DNA of 64,000 nt, taken from the NCBI GenBank assembly GCA_964234715.1, contig OZ174288.1; one strand, 5' to 3'. Below, in pieces: positions 51,701 to 64,000 of this stretch. How positions within the stretch are numbered: the first letter of the stretch is position 1; every line of letters starts with the position of its first letter. The DNA is from Podarcis melisellensis. Taxonomy: Eukaryota. The position numbers and the translations under genes were made by a program. A model generated the notes under the pieces. That model was given only the letters and a program-made list of their open reading frames with translations. It searched no databases and was not told the DNA's origin.

Positions 51701-53143
51701 CAGCGGTGGAAGTAGCTGGAGGGTTGCTGTGAGGTGCTGGGCTAGTGGCAGGCAGGGCTGGGTGGGCTTGCTCAGAGGATGCCTCCTCGTGACCACCGAG
51801 GGTGTCTTCATTGCTGGGAGGAGTGGGCATTGCTTCTGCTTCACTGGGGCCTCCCTCTTGATGCTGGAGCTGGGTGTCAACCTCAGGGTCAGATGTCAGG
51901 CTGGGATCTCCTGGCTCCACTTCACCCATGCCTTTCCCTGGGGAAGTCCCCTCTTCCCCCTCCTCTGCTCTCCCCTCTCTCTCTGATGGGGCAGGACCCT
52001 CTTCTTCTCCTCCTATTCCATGGGCCATGGCTGCTTCTCCTGCCAAGGCAGTAGCACCCTCTTCTGTCGCTTCCACTGTGCTGTCATCTTCCTGTGACTG
52101 AGGGCCTTCTTCCTCAGCCGCATCTTTCTGAGAATTGTCTCCTTCCTCAGCTGCATCTTCCTGAGAATTGTCTTCTTCCTCAGCCTCATCTTCCTCAGAG
52201 CTGTCTTCTTCCTCAGCCGCCTCTTCCTCAGAATTGTCTTCTTCCCCAGCCTCATCTTCCTCAGAATCTTCTCTTTCCTCAGACTCATCTTCATCAGAAC
52301 CTTCTCCTTCTTGTAGGCTGGTATCCCCCTCCCTGGCCACTGTAGCCCCTTCTTCTCCCTCCTCCTCCTCTGCATCAAGCTGCCCAGGACCATCCACTGT
52401 CTCCTCCTCTGCTTCTTCCTCCCGGGGGCTGGTGTCCTCTTCTTCCTCAGACTCTTCTTGCCCCTCTAACATGTGGGGCTCCTCTGGTGCCCTGCCTGGT
52501 GCCCCCAAGGTGCTCACTGCAGGGGAGCCATCACTAAAGTGTCTTTCCACAGAGGTAGCTCCATCTTCACTGCCCAAGTCAGCAGTGATGTTGTCCTCCT
52601 GAGCAGAGGACGGCTCCTCTCTGGTCTTGACAGGGGGCTGAAGGAGGCTCTGGGAGGGGGCCCCACTTCCGCCTGGGGGAGCATCTTTGGCAACTCCCTC
52701 TGACTGGACCTGCTCACTCTCTTTAGCCTCGTCTCCAGCCAAAACATCCTCCTTGTTGATGGCGAGATATTGCTCAGGTGCTTCCCTTTGCCCATCCGTG
52801 TCATGCCCTTTGTCGGGGGCATTCTGTGGTTCAGCAACAGGGGCTTCCTTTTCTTTCAGACCCTCATCTTCCAAGGAGCTGGTGTCCAGTTCAGCAGCTG
52901 CCTCAGTGGAGCCATCAGCACGAGGGCTTCCTTCCACACCTGTGCTGGCTTCCTCCTGGCTGTCTAAGGGCCGGAAGGGAATTCCTGTCCCAGGTGGGAT
53001 GGCAGCGGTGGCAGCAGCAGCAGCAGCAGAGTCTCCATAGAGCAGCTTCTCCTTCTCTGCCAGGCTTGGGTCTCCGGGCAACAAGCCTCCTTCGGCAAAG
53101 GTGGCAGAGTCTTCTGTGCCATCCGGGGCAGAGACTTGCAGTT
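51701..53143 (-). CDS. SRL: Sarcalumenin large acidic Ca2+-binding cassette exon (1443 nt, phase 1-1; long isoform)
   Basis: ctatttag|AACTGCAAGTC...GCTG|gtcagt; begins ELQVSAPDGTED..GDPSLAEKEKLLYGD, matching mouse ELQVSASGGTED..GDASLEEKERALYAD; Glu/Asp-rich; length divisible by 3, so skipping yields the short 53-kDa-type isoform. Confidence 0.9.
52107..52290 (-). repeat. Coding 33-bp minisatellite (about 5.5 units) in the SRL acidic exon
   Basis: Units such as TTCCTCAGAATTGTCTTCTTCCCCAGCCTCATC; peptide EEDNSEEEAAE / EEDSSEEDEAE / EEDNSQEDAAE / EGDNSQKDAAE. Confidence 0.85.
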
Positions 53144-54141
53144 CTAAATAGTCAGAACATGGTCAGTCAGTTTGATCTGTGCTCAGCCTGCCTCCCTCCT
53201 CAAAACGGCCTGCGTGGTTCACTCGGGGCACACGATTTGCACACGTGGCTCTGCATAAAGCCACAGGCAGAGCCAGGCTGTTCCCTTTCCTATTAAAGGG
53301 ATGTTGAAACCGATGCGCATTTTGAGGAGGCTTTTATAAATACATTCTTAACCCTGTCCCAACTACCAGGCTTGGAATCCAGCTTGCTTTTCTTGCTCCT
53401 ATCAATAAACTGGGTGCAAACTGATGCTGGTTGGAGGGAATATAGCTTGGGTTACACACAGGCAAACCCTAGCAAGTCTAAGCCCCGGCCGGCTGGCCCT
53501 CTCTCTCTGCTGGGCTTCCTGCCTTCCTAGGCTACAAGTACAGAAGGAGAAAAGCCAAGGAAGGAGAGGAACAGCTTGGGAGGGAGAAAGCAGCTGCCTT
53601 TAAATACTTTTTGAAGGTTTTAGCATATCCCAAAGTACCACGTAAGGCTAGGAATCACCAAACACTTTGTATTTCCTCTCAAAGTTCATCTTCTGTGCTC
53701 CAGAGGTTTCCTGCTCTCCTTTTCCTTCTGTTGGGGGCTAAGGAAAGCTGGACGGAAAAGGAGACAGAGGCCATGGGGTTCAGTTGCCTCCTTTGCCAGC
53801 CTCACGTTTGCGTTGATGTGATGGCACGGATCCTTCCAGAGTAGCTGGTTTACAGTTAAGGAGTCCAAACCCACCTGCCTCTCTCTGTGAGAACCCAGGT
53901 CAGTCTCTGTTGTTTGAACATGCTGGCAGGGGTACACCAGAGAGAGGCAGGGCTCTCTCCAAACAGCGCAGGCAGAGCTGAAAACGGGAACTGACTCACA
54001 AAATCTCCCGAGCCTTGTGGGATGTTTCATATGTCTGGATGCAAATGCTGGCAGTGAAAGTTCTTCTTTACTGGTATTGCATCTTCCTTCTCACTCCCAC
54101 TCCACAGAGAACACCCCAAATACAGAAGAGCCCTGTTGTTG

Positions 54142-54144
<3 letters not shown>

Positions 54145-54186
<42 letters not shown>

Positions 54187-54630
54187 CTTTCCCCCAAATC
54201 CGGGACTCAAGGCAGCTTACACCAATTAAAACAGCACCAACAAAATGCAAAAAGCTAAAAACATGTGAAAGATAATTGTTAAAAGTAATTAAACTCAAAT
54301 AGAATTAAAATAATATAGAAAGGAAATCTTCTAAAATGCAGATAGGAAAATGCAGGACTATTAAAAGCCCTTTCTTCTAAAAACCTTAGTCAGTTCCCAA
54401 AAACCTGTTGTAATAAAACAGTCTTCACCTGCCAACAGAAGGACATGAGGGAGCCAGCCTGGCTTCTCCAGGGAGGGAGTTCAAAAGTTAACTGGGAGCA
54501 GCTACCACCGAGAAGGCCTTCTCCCGCTTCCCCACCAAGTGTGCCTGGGAGGTTAGCAGGAGCAAGAGAAGAGTACCCTCCTGAAGATCTCAGAGCCTGG
54601 GCGGGGTCATTTGAGGTAACCTGGACTTAA
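54145..54630 (-). mobile_element. L2-like LINE 3' fragment with (ATT)n tail at 54145-54184
   Basis: (ATT)n run followed by an A-rich tract and antisense L2-like CAGGGAGGGAGTTCAAAAG..ACCGAGAAGGCC. Confidence 0.55.
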
Positions 54631-55367
54631 GCCGCATAACCACCCTTGTTAGCTTGTGCCAGAAAAGAGACCGGGAGCCAGTGGAGCTACTGCAACAAGG
54701 GAGTCACCTGCTCCGGTTTCTATCCGCTGCATCTCTAGCTGGGCTGGTGGACATCCTGGTGAGCCACAGCCAGGGAATCAGTGTGGACCAAAGTGGGTCA
54801 GTACAGGGCAGTTTCCTATGCTCCTAATGGCAGTTGCCCCCAGACACTGGGGCAGCCTCCCTAGTAAGCAGTGTGAACCAGTAGTTCAGGTTAGCCAATC
54901 ATTTCCTTGTGTCTCGGTTGCCATTGCAGGGAAACATGAGCCGAATTCGGAACACAGCCCTTATGCCATCCATAACAGGCCTCAACTGTCCAGCTGCTTT
55001 GACTGAGTCTACTTCCCTCTCCTCCAAGTCAGGGTCCCTGCGCCAGGGAAAGTGGTGAGTGAATCTGGCCAGTATCCCAGGAGTTGTGTGGGGGAGAGAG
55101 AAGGGGTCACTTGTGCTCTCCATGAGCCTCCCACCCACCACCATTTCTTATTGACCTGAAATGGATGCCTGAAATTCAGCAGACCTCCATTGAAAACAGC
55201 AGCAAGTTAGAGGGATAATTCTCCCTCCGCACCGGATGGCAGGGGGCAGGTCCCATTTGCTCATGCAAAGCTTTTCCTTTGTGCAGGGTATGTAGCTGAA
55301 GGCCGCCCACCCCTGTCACCTGGGGGAAGGCCCCAAGCATTGGCCAGCCTCTTTGAAAGGCTTTGGA

Positions 55368-55482
55368 ATCATCGAATGGAAAAGTTGGAAGGAACCCCAA
55401 GTCCAACCCCCTGCAATGCAGGAATCTCAACTCAAGCATCCACGGCAGATGGCCATCCAACCTCTGCTCAAAAACCTCCAAG
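55368..55482 (-). mobile_element. CR1 3' fragment
   Basis: Antisense CR1 end; ORF 55176..55481 starts EVFEQRLDGHL. Confidence 0.7.
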
Positions 55483-58154
55483 GCAGAAGGCTGCCTCCCT
55501 GCCTGCCTTGGAGAGGCCTGGCTCTCTTATATTAGAATATAAAAGGCACAACACCACGGTGTAAACATAATGACAATGCTTTGCTTTTGCTTATTAGAAA
55601 GAGAGACCTTGGCTGCTTCAGTGTGCGCCCAAATGCGAAAGGGATGCCCTCTGACCATCATAGGTCCATGGTTCTTCCCAGGAAGTGTCGCTTGGCCTGG
55701 GGTTCCTCCTCTTTCTCCTCCTCCCCCCTGCCCACCAAAGCTTTGCCCAGGAAGAGGTTGTGGGGATGATTGCAGGGCGAGCCATGGGGCTCAGACCTGT
55801 ACATGAAGAGACCAGGGGCATTTGCCCAGAGACAGGTGGACTGGGGTGTTCTGGAACTAAACAAAGGGCAGAACCTCAGTGGTTGGTTCCCTGTGGAGAT
55901 CTCAATGGTGAAAGACCTGAGGAGCTCCCTTGGGGGGCTGGACTCAGGTGGGAGCTCCTGGCCCCTCACTTCCTGTGACCTTCACAGCCTTATATAAAGA
56001 ACCCTCCTTGCCCTCACTGGCCCCAAACTGGAGGCCTCCAACTATATCGAGCACTGAATTCTGCTGACCTGCAGATAGTTAAGGGGTGTTTGCTCTGCAG
56101 CAAAACGGGCTGAAGGTTATGGGCTTAGCACCCAAGCAGCCTCCCTCATCGGCTAAAAATACCACCGGCAACTGGGTGGGGGGTGCTGCCGCTGCTGCTA
56201 CAAACCACAGAAACTCCCTTCATGGCTCCTGCCCCTGCCTCCCCGTTGCCCCCACAACACAAACGCACACACAGGGAAAGGTCTTGGAAGTGTCTCCATG
56301 GAGAGGAGCCCAGCAGGACTTTGGATGTAGGAGAGAGGCCTCATTCCTTTCCCTGTGGGTGAGGGGCAGAGGCGGTGGCAGGCTGGGTGGGTGGGTGGCA
56401 GGTGGGGGCAGGAGCCCCTCCAACGCATCGCACAAGCCTGTTGTAAGCTGACACCCTGGGATGCCTCTTGGACATGCCATACAGTACTGTATGCGTGCCG
56501 CACTAAGGGAGCCGAGGACGCCGAGAGCCGCCGAGAGCACGTCAAGAATGCCGAGTCTGCTGTGGCAGGGCAGATTCCAGCCCAGGACCCTGCAGGAGGA
56601 AGTGGTGACGGAGCCTTCTGGGTGGCGAAGTCGCAAGCAACAAAATGTCTCTGTGGCCTGGGAAGCAAAGGATGTCCAGGGTCAAGCCTCAGACACACGT
56701 ACCAATCCCACCAAACGGCAGCAGGCAGAGCAGCAGCCAGGTGAACCAGAGAGTGACATCCTGTCAGCCGGCAGGCAGCTACCTAGACACCTCATGCAAA
56801 GATTTCGGCTGCAGGCACATGACTCCAGGGTTTGCCCAAACAGAACCCCCCCAAGAGCAAGCCACAGCCCTCCACAGGCTCTCTCTGACATGATGGCATT
56901 AATCTGGCCCTCTTTATCAGCATACATCTAAAAACTAATGAAACAGTGGCTCAGCCTAGAAAGCAAACTTTTTCCAGGCGTTGTAACCGACTATCCCCAA
57001 CAGAGCTGTGACGGGAGAGGAAGAGGGGTGCCCACATAATGCCCACACAAGGCAGGGCTACGATGGACAAAGAGGGCAGAGAAGAGGATGCCAGCCCTCC
57101 ACAGCAAGCTAGAAATAATGCATGATGTTTGCCCCATAATAGAGCAGGATGGCTATAGCTCTTGCCCCACCAGCAGCTGCCCCTCCAGGAGGTCCTCTGC
57201 TCCCCCAACCACCAGCTGCCCTCTGTGGTGCTTCTGGATAACTCTGCTCCGGCCACTGCTCCCCTCCTGTCAGGACCAGCAGCCAACCTGGCCCCTGGGA
57301 GGGTCCTTGGGGGTCCTTCATCTGAGCACAGTGCTCCCTCTGCAGTCAGCCCATCACCCTCACAAGGTCAAAGGCCCACCTGTGATGGGGAAGCAAAAGG
57401 GAGTTTCCCACCTGTCCTTGTTGCTGTCTTGACAGCCCCGCAAAGTGGTGCCTGCTCTTCCCTGTGTGATTCCTGCCTGCTGGGCCTGGCTGTTACCTTT
57501 CCTCCTCGTCCTCCATTTTCTTAGAGAAGCCGCACTCCCTCCATGGGAGGGAGGTGGAAATCCCTTGCCTTCTGGGCACTCCCAGCACCTGACAGGCTCT
57601 GAGCCAAACCTCTGGCCCTCTTCCCACCCTGCCTCTGGCAAGAGGCCCTGCTTGCTGTCTGCAGCCCTGGGAATGCTGGAAGCCCCATCCCTCCAGAGAA
57701 GCGGTGAGGCCGCTGGGCACGTGGAGCATGGTTGGCTGGCAGAGAGCTCTGCTTTGCTCTGCAATAGTCACCATGCAAGTCTGGCAAGTTTTAGGCTGAC
57801 TTGAAATGTGTGCTGGAAGCCAGAGCTTTGGGCCACTTTGGCCAGTGCCATCCACCCTGATGAGAAGCCAGCTGCCACACAAGAAGAGGGACACTAGCCG
57901 CCACCCCAGGAGCAACCAGGACCCCCAGGGGTCCTTCCCCTGGAGTTGCTGGCTGGTTGGGGGTCCCAACATGGCAAGGCCTGCAGCTACTCAGCCTCTG
58001 GGTCAGGACTCCTACCCTTCTGTTTTGGTTTGGACAACAGAACAGAGCAGCCCCAGAGGCACTTGCAGAGAACTGAAGAGACAGGACTCTGCTCTGCACT
58101 CGGTGCCCACCAGCCAGCCATTGCAAGCCCCCCTTTTTCCCTCTCCAAGATAAT

Positions 58155-58445
58155 AGAACCATAGACTTGTAGAGTCAGAAGGGACCCCCAAGGGTCATCT
58201 AGTCCAACCCCCTTCAATTTAGGAAACTCAGCTAAAGCATCCATATCAGATGGCCATCCAACCTCTGAGGGAATCTACTCCATTGTCCAAGACTTCTTCC
58301 CCTGATAAAGCTCTTCCTAATATTTACTCGGAATGCCCTTCCTTGCAAGTTGAATTCATCTACTTGGGTCCTCCTCTCTGGAGCAGCAGGAAGCAAGCTT
58401 GCTCCATCTTTCACGGGACAAGATATTTGAAGATGGCTCTCAGCA
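58155..58445 (-). mobile_element. CR1 3' fragment
   Basis: Antisense CR1; translation CPVKDGASLL..AFRVNIRKSF..QRLDGHL. Confidence 0.75.
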
Positions 58446-58657
58446 CCTCGTGGTCCTTTACTGCGAGGCGAAGGGAGTGGGAATAGCTGGTCTTGTTCAG
58501 AACAATAGTGAACCAGTGAGTGTAAACCTGCCTGGGATGCACGTGCTTTCCCTTTCCCTTTCAGCATTCACACGTAGCACACGGGCATTCAGCAATGTCC
58601 CAGGTTAAAAAGAAGACCCTGGTCCTGCCGACTTCTGCGAAACTGCAGCCGCCAAGA

Positions 58658-58675
58658 CGCACCCTCTAGTGGCCA
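58658..58675 (-). promoter_or_regulatory. CTCF-like motif upstream of the SRL acidic exon
   Basis: Minus strand TGGCCACTAGAGGGTGCG, a close match to the CTCF consensus. Confidence 0.55.
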
Positions 58676-61600
58676 AATGCAGAGTGGCGGGAGGCCAAGG
58701 AATGTAATGCTGGATTCCGCAAGTCCCGAATCAAAGGTGCAAACTTTTGAGCAGCATAGATCTGCACTGTTGCCTGGCAAAGAGAAAAGATTCCTGGCTC
58801 CCACCCTGGTTCCTCCTAGCCTCTGAAAATAGCCCAGCTCTAAACCTGGTATCGCTCCTGTTTTCTTCAGTCCTCCAGAATGGCTGCCGTTTTGAAGAGT
58901 AGATGGACTGCACACCTGGTTAAATGCCCAGCTGGCTGCCCAAGCAAGAAAGGCGTTTTCCTTGCCTAGAGAAAGTTACCAGGAGAGAACACACGCAATA
59001 CACACCCCTTCTCTGTGCTGCGGCTGCACTGCTGGCACATCCTTTGGTGAGCAGTTAGGCCTCCAAAGGGGCAGGCAGGTTGCCAAGACTTACCCCTGGG
59101 CACAGGCAAAATGTGAGGTTGTTTTGAAATCCAAGATATTTGATCCCCACATAGGACAGCTGCATATTCCTGCATTGCAGGAGGTTGGACTACATGATCC
59201 TCAGGGTCCCTTCCAGCTCTACAATTCTGTGATTTAATTCTTTTAAGAGGTACCACACCTTTTTAATAACTGTTTGATGGCTTTGCTGCTGTAGGCTGCT
59301 AAATACTGGAGATTTTGGGTGAGATATTTAAGAGAAGGTGCAGAAGGAGGAGGAGAAAGAGAGACACATAGAGAGAGAGAGAAAGAGGAGTGGACATTGG
59401 GGATATATCTGTAGAATAGGGCACAGTCGGCCCTATTAGTGCAATGAAGGACACCTTTCATGAAGTTCCCACAATGGTCTCATATTCCAAAAGTAAATGA
59501 AGTTGCATAGCTCCTCCACTAAACAGAGAGGTTTGCGTTGCAGATGGTGTGTGCAAATTTAGGGACCTTGTGAAAGCATGCAACCCCCCCCCCCAAAAAA
59601 AAAAGCCTGTTAGTGATTACTTCTATGGTGCTCACTTTTCTGTGCTAACTGTGGGCAATCTTAAAATGAAAATATGCAGGGAAAGGGCCCGCTGGGTGAT
59701 TTGTAAGCCAATGCAAGAAGGAAATGCCACATGACTATCTCAGCTGGAGTATTGCTGCAGGAAAGGAACGAATGTCCCCATCATATGCACGTCTACAGCT
59801 ATTGTGAGGGGGGCAGAGAAGAGGCAATGGCCCCTAAAAAAGCAGACTCTTTCATGCTGTAGAAGAGAAAGGTTGTAAGTACCACTTACTGCATTGGCAC
59901 ATACGTCTCCTTGGCTTGTAATATTTGAAACCTTTTATTGTTTTCTAAAGAACAAATGAAAAATAAGTGTTCTCAGGTTCCAGTGAAGCTGGTGGAGACC
60001 TTGGGTTGTGTGATTCTGCCCTGTAGCTGTTGCTGGGGATGGAAGAGACCCAAGGCAACCCTGATCCTTGCGTGAGGAAAGGGCAAAGTTCGGTTCCTCC
60101 AGGAGGCTGAGCCTTTGTCTCCCTGACTCTGGAATAGAGGAGAATGGGCCAAATGTCTGGAAGAATGACCTCACCCTCCCAAAAGCACTCTTGGTGGCTG
60201 CCACAGGCTGAACCTCCAAATCCAGCAACGTCCCTTGCTTGGGAGCAGTGTAAAATACCCATAAGTTAGAAGGAAATAAAGGGGGATACTGTATTTCAGT
60301 GCAAGTTGCAGTTTGGGGGGTGGCACTTTCCTCTCTGGAAAGCCAGCTCAGCTCTGCCAGATGCAGCCTGCTGGCTGATGGACAGTGGCAGAACCATTGC
60401 TTGAAGTGAAACTCTGGGGGATCCTGTTTAGTTTTCCTTGTAGATAAGAACACTGGGAGCACACTGGTTGGCCAGGATGCCACCGGCCAGTAGCTTCCTC
60501 ATGCAAAAGAGATGCATGCAGAACGGGGAAGCAGGAGGCGCCTGGCGGAAATCCTGCCTCCTGTTCTCCTGGGACTTTGGGATCACAGCTGCTGGCTTTG
60601 ATCACTGGCTGATGTTCACACATTCTCATTGCCAGCTACCCAGAATCCTGTTAGCATGTGTTGCACTAGTAGGTCCAGCTCTCTTGACTTTTGCCTTACA
60701 GGCCTCACCCTCCAAAAGTACTCTGGTTGCTAGACAAAGGTAGTGCCAGAAAGTGCCCCAATTCTTGCACGCAGACCCCACCTTCCTTGCTTGGGTACAT
60801 CAATGGCAAAGGGGGGGGCTTTGTTTGTTCCATGCACACACCCAAAAAGCAGTTCTTACCAACCCCAAATCCTGCAACAATCAAGTCTATTTACATTCAC
60901 TCATTCCCTGTGGTTCAGAATATGAAGAGGAAGGGCATGGAGAAGCGCCCAAGTTAGAAACTTGCTTCTTCTGCTTCATACAAGAGGAGCTGCAATCCAC
61001 ACCGAGGCGCTCATGATGAAGTCACACAGCTCCTGTTTCTCCTAAGTGGAAACTGTTGGACCATCCCAGCAAGCGGAGGGAGGGAGGGAACGACAGATGC
61101 TGTGGAAAAGAGCTCCTGCACAAGCAGCAGCAGAGAGCAGACAAGGGTCCAGGCTCCCCACTGCCCAGTCTCTCTCTAGGGCCCTGCCCGCCTGCCACCC
61201 CCCTTACAGGCTCTCCCTCCCGCAGACTCGGCAGGCTTGACTGAGCACCTGCAGTGCGGCCTCTAAACCTCAGTAAAAGAAACCTGGGAGCCCTGGATTT
61301 CTTTGCAGCCATGCCAAGGCCCCAGCGCTTATTACTGGCTGTGGCTGGGTAACCCCAGGCGGGATAAATATAGCTCCCTTGCGCCTGCTGGGCTGCTCAG
61401 GTTCCATTGACTGGTCTCTGCAGACATCCTCTCTGCAGCTTGAGGGTGAGGGTGGCAGCCAGCTGCAAACTTGTCTGCAACACAGGAGGTTCCTGGACTT
61501 GGGCTGCATCACAAATGCACCTCCCACTTCAGTTTCCAACTGCCTTCCAGTCAAGCCCCCTCACCCCTTTCCTTTTGAGACCTCATTGGGCTTCCGAGTT

Positions 61601-64000
61601 ACTATGCAAGGAAATCAATGGTCAGAAGTGCAAGTTGGCATTAGGCCTCGAAAGTTCTCCAAAGAGAAGGCAGAAGGGAAGGGAGGGTCACTTCCACTGC
61701 AAGAGGCATTTTGAATTAGGGGTGCAACAGCCAAGACCTTCCCAAATATAAGCAGCTCCATGACTGTTATGGGGGAGGGCTGTGCCTTTACAGCCCAGAG
61801 GCATTGTGGCTTTCTCAAAAGGCAGAAAGAGAGCACCATCTTTCCTGGGCTGCGCTCAAGTCTTAGAGGTTGTGGGCCATGGCTGAGCCTAGTGACGCAG
61901 CAAACATCCCAGCTCTTACTAACTTGTGCATTGCTACAGGATCTGAGATTATTCCATAAAGGTAAATCCAGCTGTTTCTGTTTTAAGCAAGAGGTGGGAA
62001 TAAAATGAAGGGAAGGGCTTCAGATCTCAGCTGGATGAGTCAGCCAACACCTGGGCTTGGGCCTAGCCGAGGGGCGGGGGGGCAGCTACCCCCCTAGATC
62101 AAGGAAACAATAGAAATACTAAACTAACTGACCAATCACTTCGGTTCTGCCCCCCCCCGAACAAAAATCCTGGCTATGCCCATGCACCTGGGTGAAGGTA
62201 AAACCCAATTGAGCAGCTGAAAAGGGCAGAGAAGTTGGCAGGCGATGAAAGAAGCTCTGGCCAGGGCTGGTGGGAGTCTCAGCCCAACAACTGCCACCAC
62301 AGGTGGGCTGCATTTGGCCAGGAATGTGACCTCCCAGCAGAAAATGAAGTCAAACAAGACCAGAAAGGACCTTGAGTCAACAGGGAGAGCGGATACAGGG
62401 AGGCGGAGGAGGATGGAACTGCTGACAAAGACCCTCCAAGAACCTGAAAGTCACAGCAGCCTCTGAAATACAGGCAGGGAGCGTTTTGCCAGAACCAAGG
62501 GAGAGAGCAAAGTCTTCGCTGCCCTTCCTGCCTCAGCACCAGAGGAACTGGGAAGCGGCAGAGCCAAGGGGCACCTCAGGCCCATCTCCTCCCAATACTC
62601 CACCAACGATGCACAACACTACCTCGGAAGGGAAACTCAAAACACAACAACTAGGAACAGAGAACGGTGCAAACCTGGGACTCCGCTCCATCAGACAAGC
62701 TAAGGGCAAGGCTGGCTAGCTGGCTTGCCAGGGGGGTCAGGCACGGAGCAGGACCACCTGGGTACTCACTGGGGAAAGCGAGGCTGCTGTTGGCTGGAGG
62801 GGGAAGCCCAGGAGCCCACCCCCAGTCGCACCAGGAAAGAAGGCAGCTTTGGCCCTTCATCTCCATTTCATCCCCTCTCACCTCCCCACTGTCTGCAGAA
62901 GCGCCAGACCAGGTAATGCAGGTAGCCCAGGTAGGGCAGCCCCCCCACCTCCATCCCTGCAGCTGGAGGGCCACAGGCGTTTATTCCTTGAAAACATTCC
63001 TTAAGTGCCTCTCATCAAACAATTCTAGGGCTCTGAACAAAGTGTGAATAAAATCAATTCACACAGCATATAAATACAATTTCAAGCCAACAATTAAGCA
63101 TAACGAAATACAGCAATACAAAAACCAACCCTGAAAGCTAAAGACAGGATAAGCACAGTTCTGAAAACACCCGTCTACTATCCAAAACACCAAGCAAACA
63201 GGGAGGTCTTCGTGGGACACCCAAAAAAATGGCACTCCTGTGCAGGGCAAGCCAGTTCCATACAGAAGGGCATTCTAAAGCCAGGATGCCAACCCAGAAG
63301 GCCATCTCCGCCCCCCAAGGGTATTCCTGGGAGCAAGACAGGGCCTCTCAAGAGCATTTCACTGGCCTGGGAAGAGGCCCTGCCAGCCTTCCTGCCAGCC
63401 CCCAGCCCCTCAACAGGCCCCCAAGCCAGGGACACTCAGGACTCAGCCCTGAAAGCTGTTTTCAATATACAGACAAGGGCAAAATGGGCTCAGCCAGTGT
63501 GACCTGATGGCACACCCCAAGATACCGAGGGGAGAATCATCTGGGATACAGAAAACCCAGGGGGAGACTGAAAGAGCTGGTCCTCATGGGTGCCTGGCCT
63601 TGCTTCTCTGCTCCACCTGGGCTCCAGCTGCAGGTGAGCATCAGCTCAGGTCTTGGCTCAGATGCAGACACCAGGGTCACCAGGAAGCTCTGTGTGCCCT
63701 TTGCCCACTTCCAGAGCCCACAAGATAGCAGGAACCTTTGCCAGGGGGCAAAGAGAGGGTTACCCTCAAGCTCCAGAGCAGATTCCAAAGCAGGTGCAAT
63801 TCGGGGGCTCAACGTGTTTGTGTGTGTGTGTGTTCTACAAGGTCCAGCAGAGCCATAGCAAGGGCACCCCGTGCCCCACAGAAAGTGGGAGGGGAGGGGG
63901 ATCCCCAGCCCCCCACTAGTCCCTTTTGTTCTTGAGAATGACAAAGGATGTCCTTAAAAGGAGGCAAATCCGCAGCCCTGGCTCCTCCGTGACAGTGCGA

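Noticed and set aside
51729-53296. Multiple plus-strand Ser/Pro-rich ORFs
   Set aside because: Antisense shadows of the Glu-rich SRL exon.
55991-61380. TATA-like (55991) and MEF2-like (56152, 61363) AT-rich motifs as SRL muscle regulatory sites
   Set aside because: Imperfect consensus matches, isolated, and no independent support.
53144-64000. Search for the SRL signal-peptide exon 1
   Set aside because: No ATG-initiated hydrophobic segment of about 20 codons ending in a phase-1 donor was found by eye; probably beyond the right edge.

Overview
Vertebrate genomic DNA, almost certainly a squamate reptile (lizard-type repeat landscape: BovB/RTE tail, CR1, L2, L1, hAT and Tc1/mariner MITEs). 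It holds (1) the last 16 codons and 3' UTR of an alpha-type globin gene at the left edge (+ strand), (2) the complete coding structure of adenylate cyclase 9 (ADCY9, - strand, 32368 to 11277) with a CpG-island promoter, and (3) sarcalumenin (SRL, - strand, 53143 to 40342) including the large acidic cassette exon; its signal-peptide exon 1 was not found in the window. The most unusual structure is in ADCY9: the single 42-nt exon 10 of mammals is present as three diverged, splice-competent, in-frame tandem copies (16062-16103, 14945-14986, 13755-13796). Each creates an N-x-S glycosylation sequon across its 3' splice junction in the last extracellular loop, suggesting a modular alternatively spliced ectodomain. 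Also notable: a candidate 21-nt micro-exon sterically exclusive with ADCY9 exon 4, an alpha-globin ending SCHR instead of SKYR, and a globin-ADCY9 adjacency with a CTCF-like motif between them. Human and mouse comparisons are from memory, not from a search. Exon numbers follow human convention.
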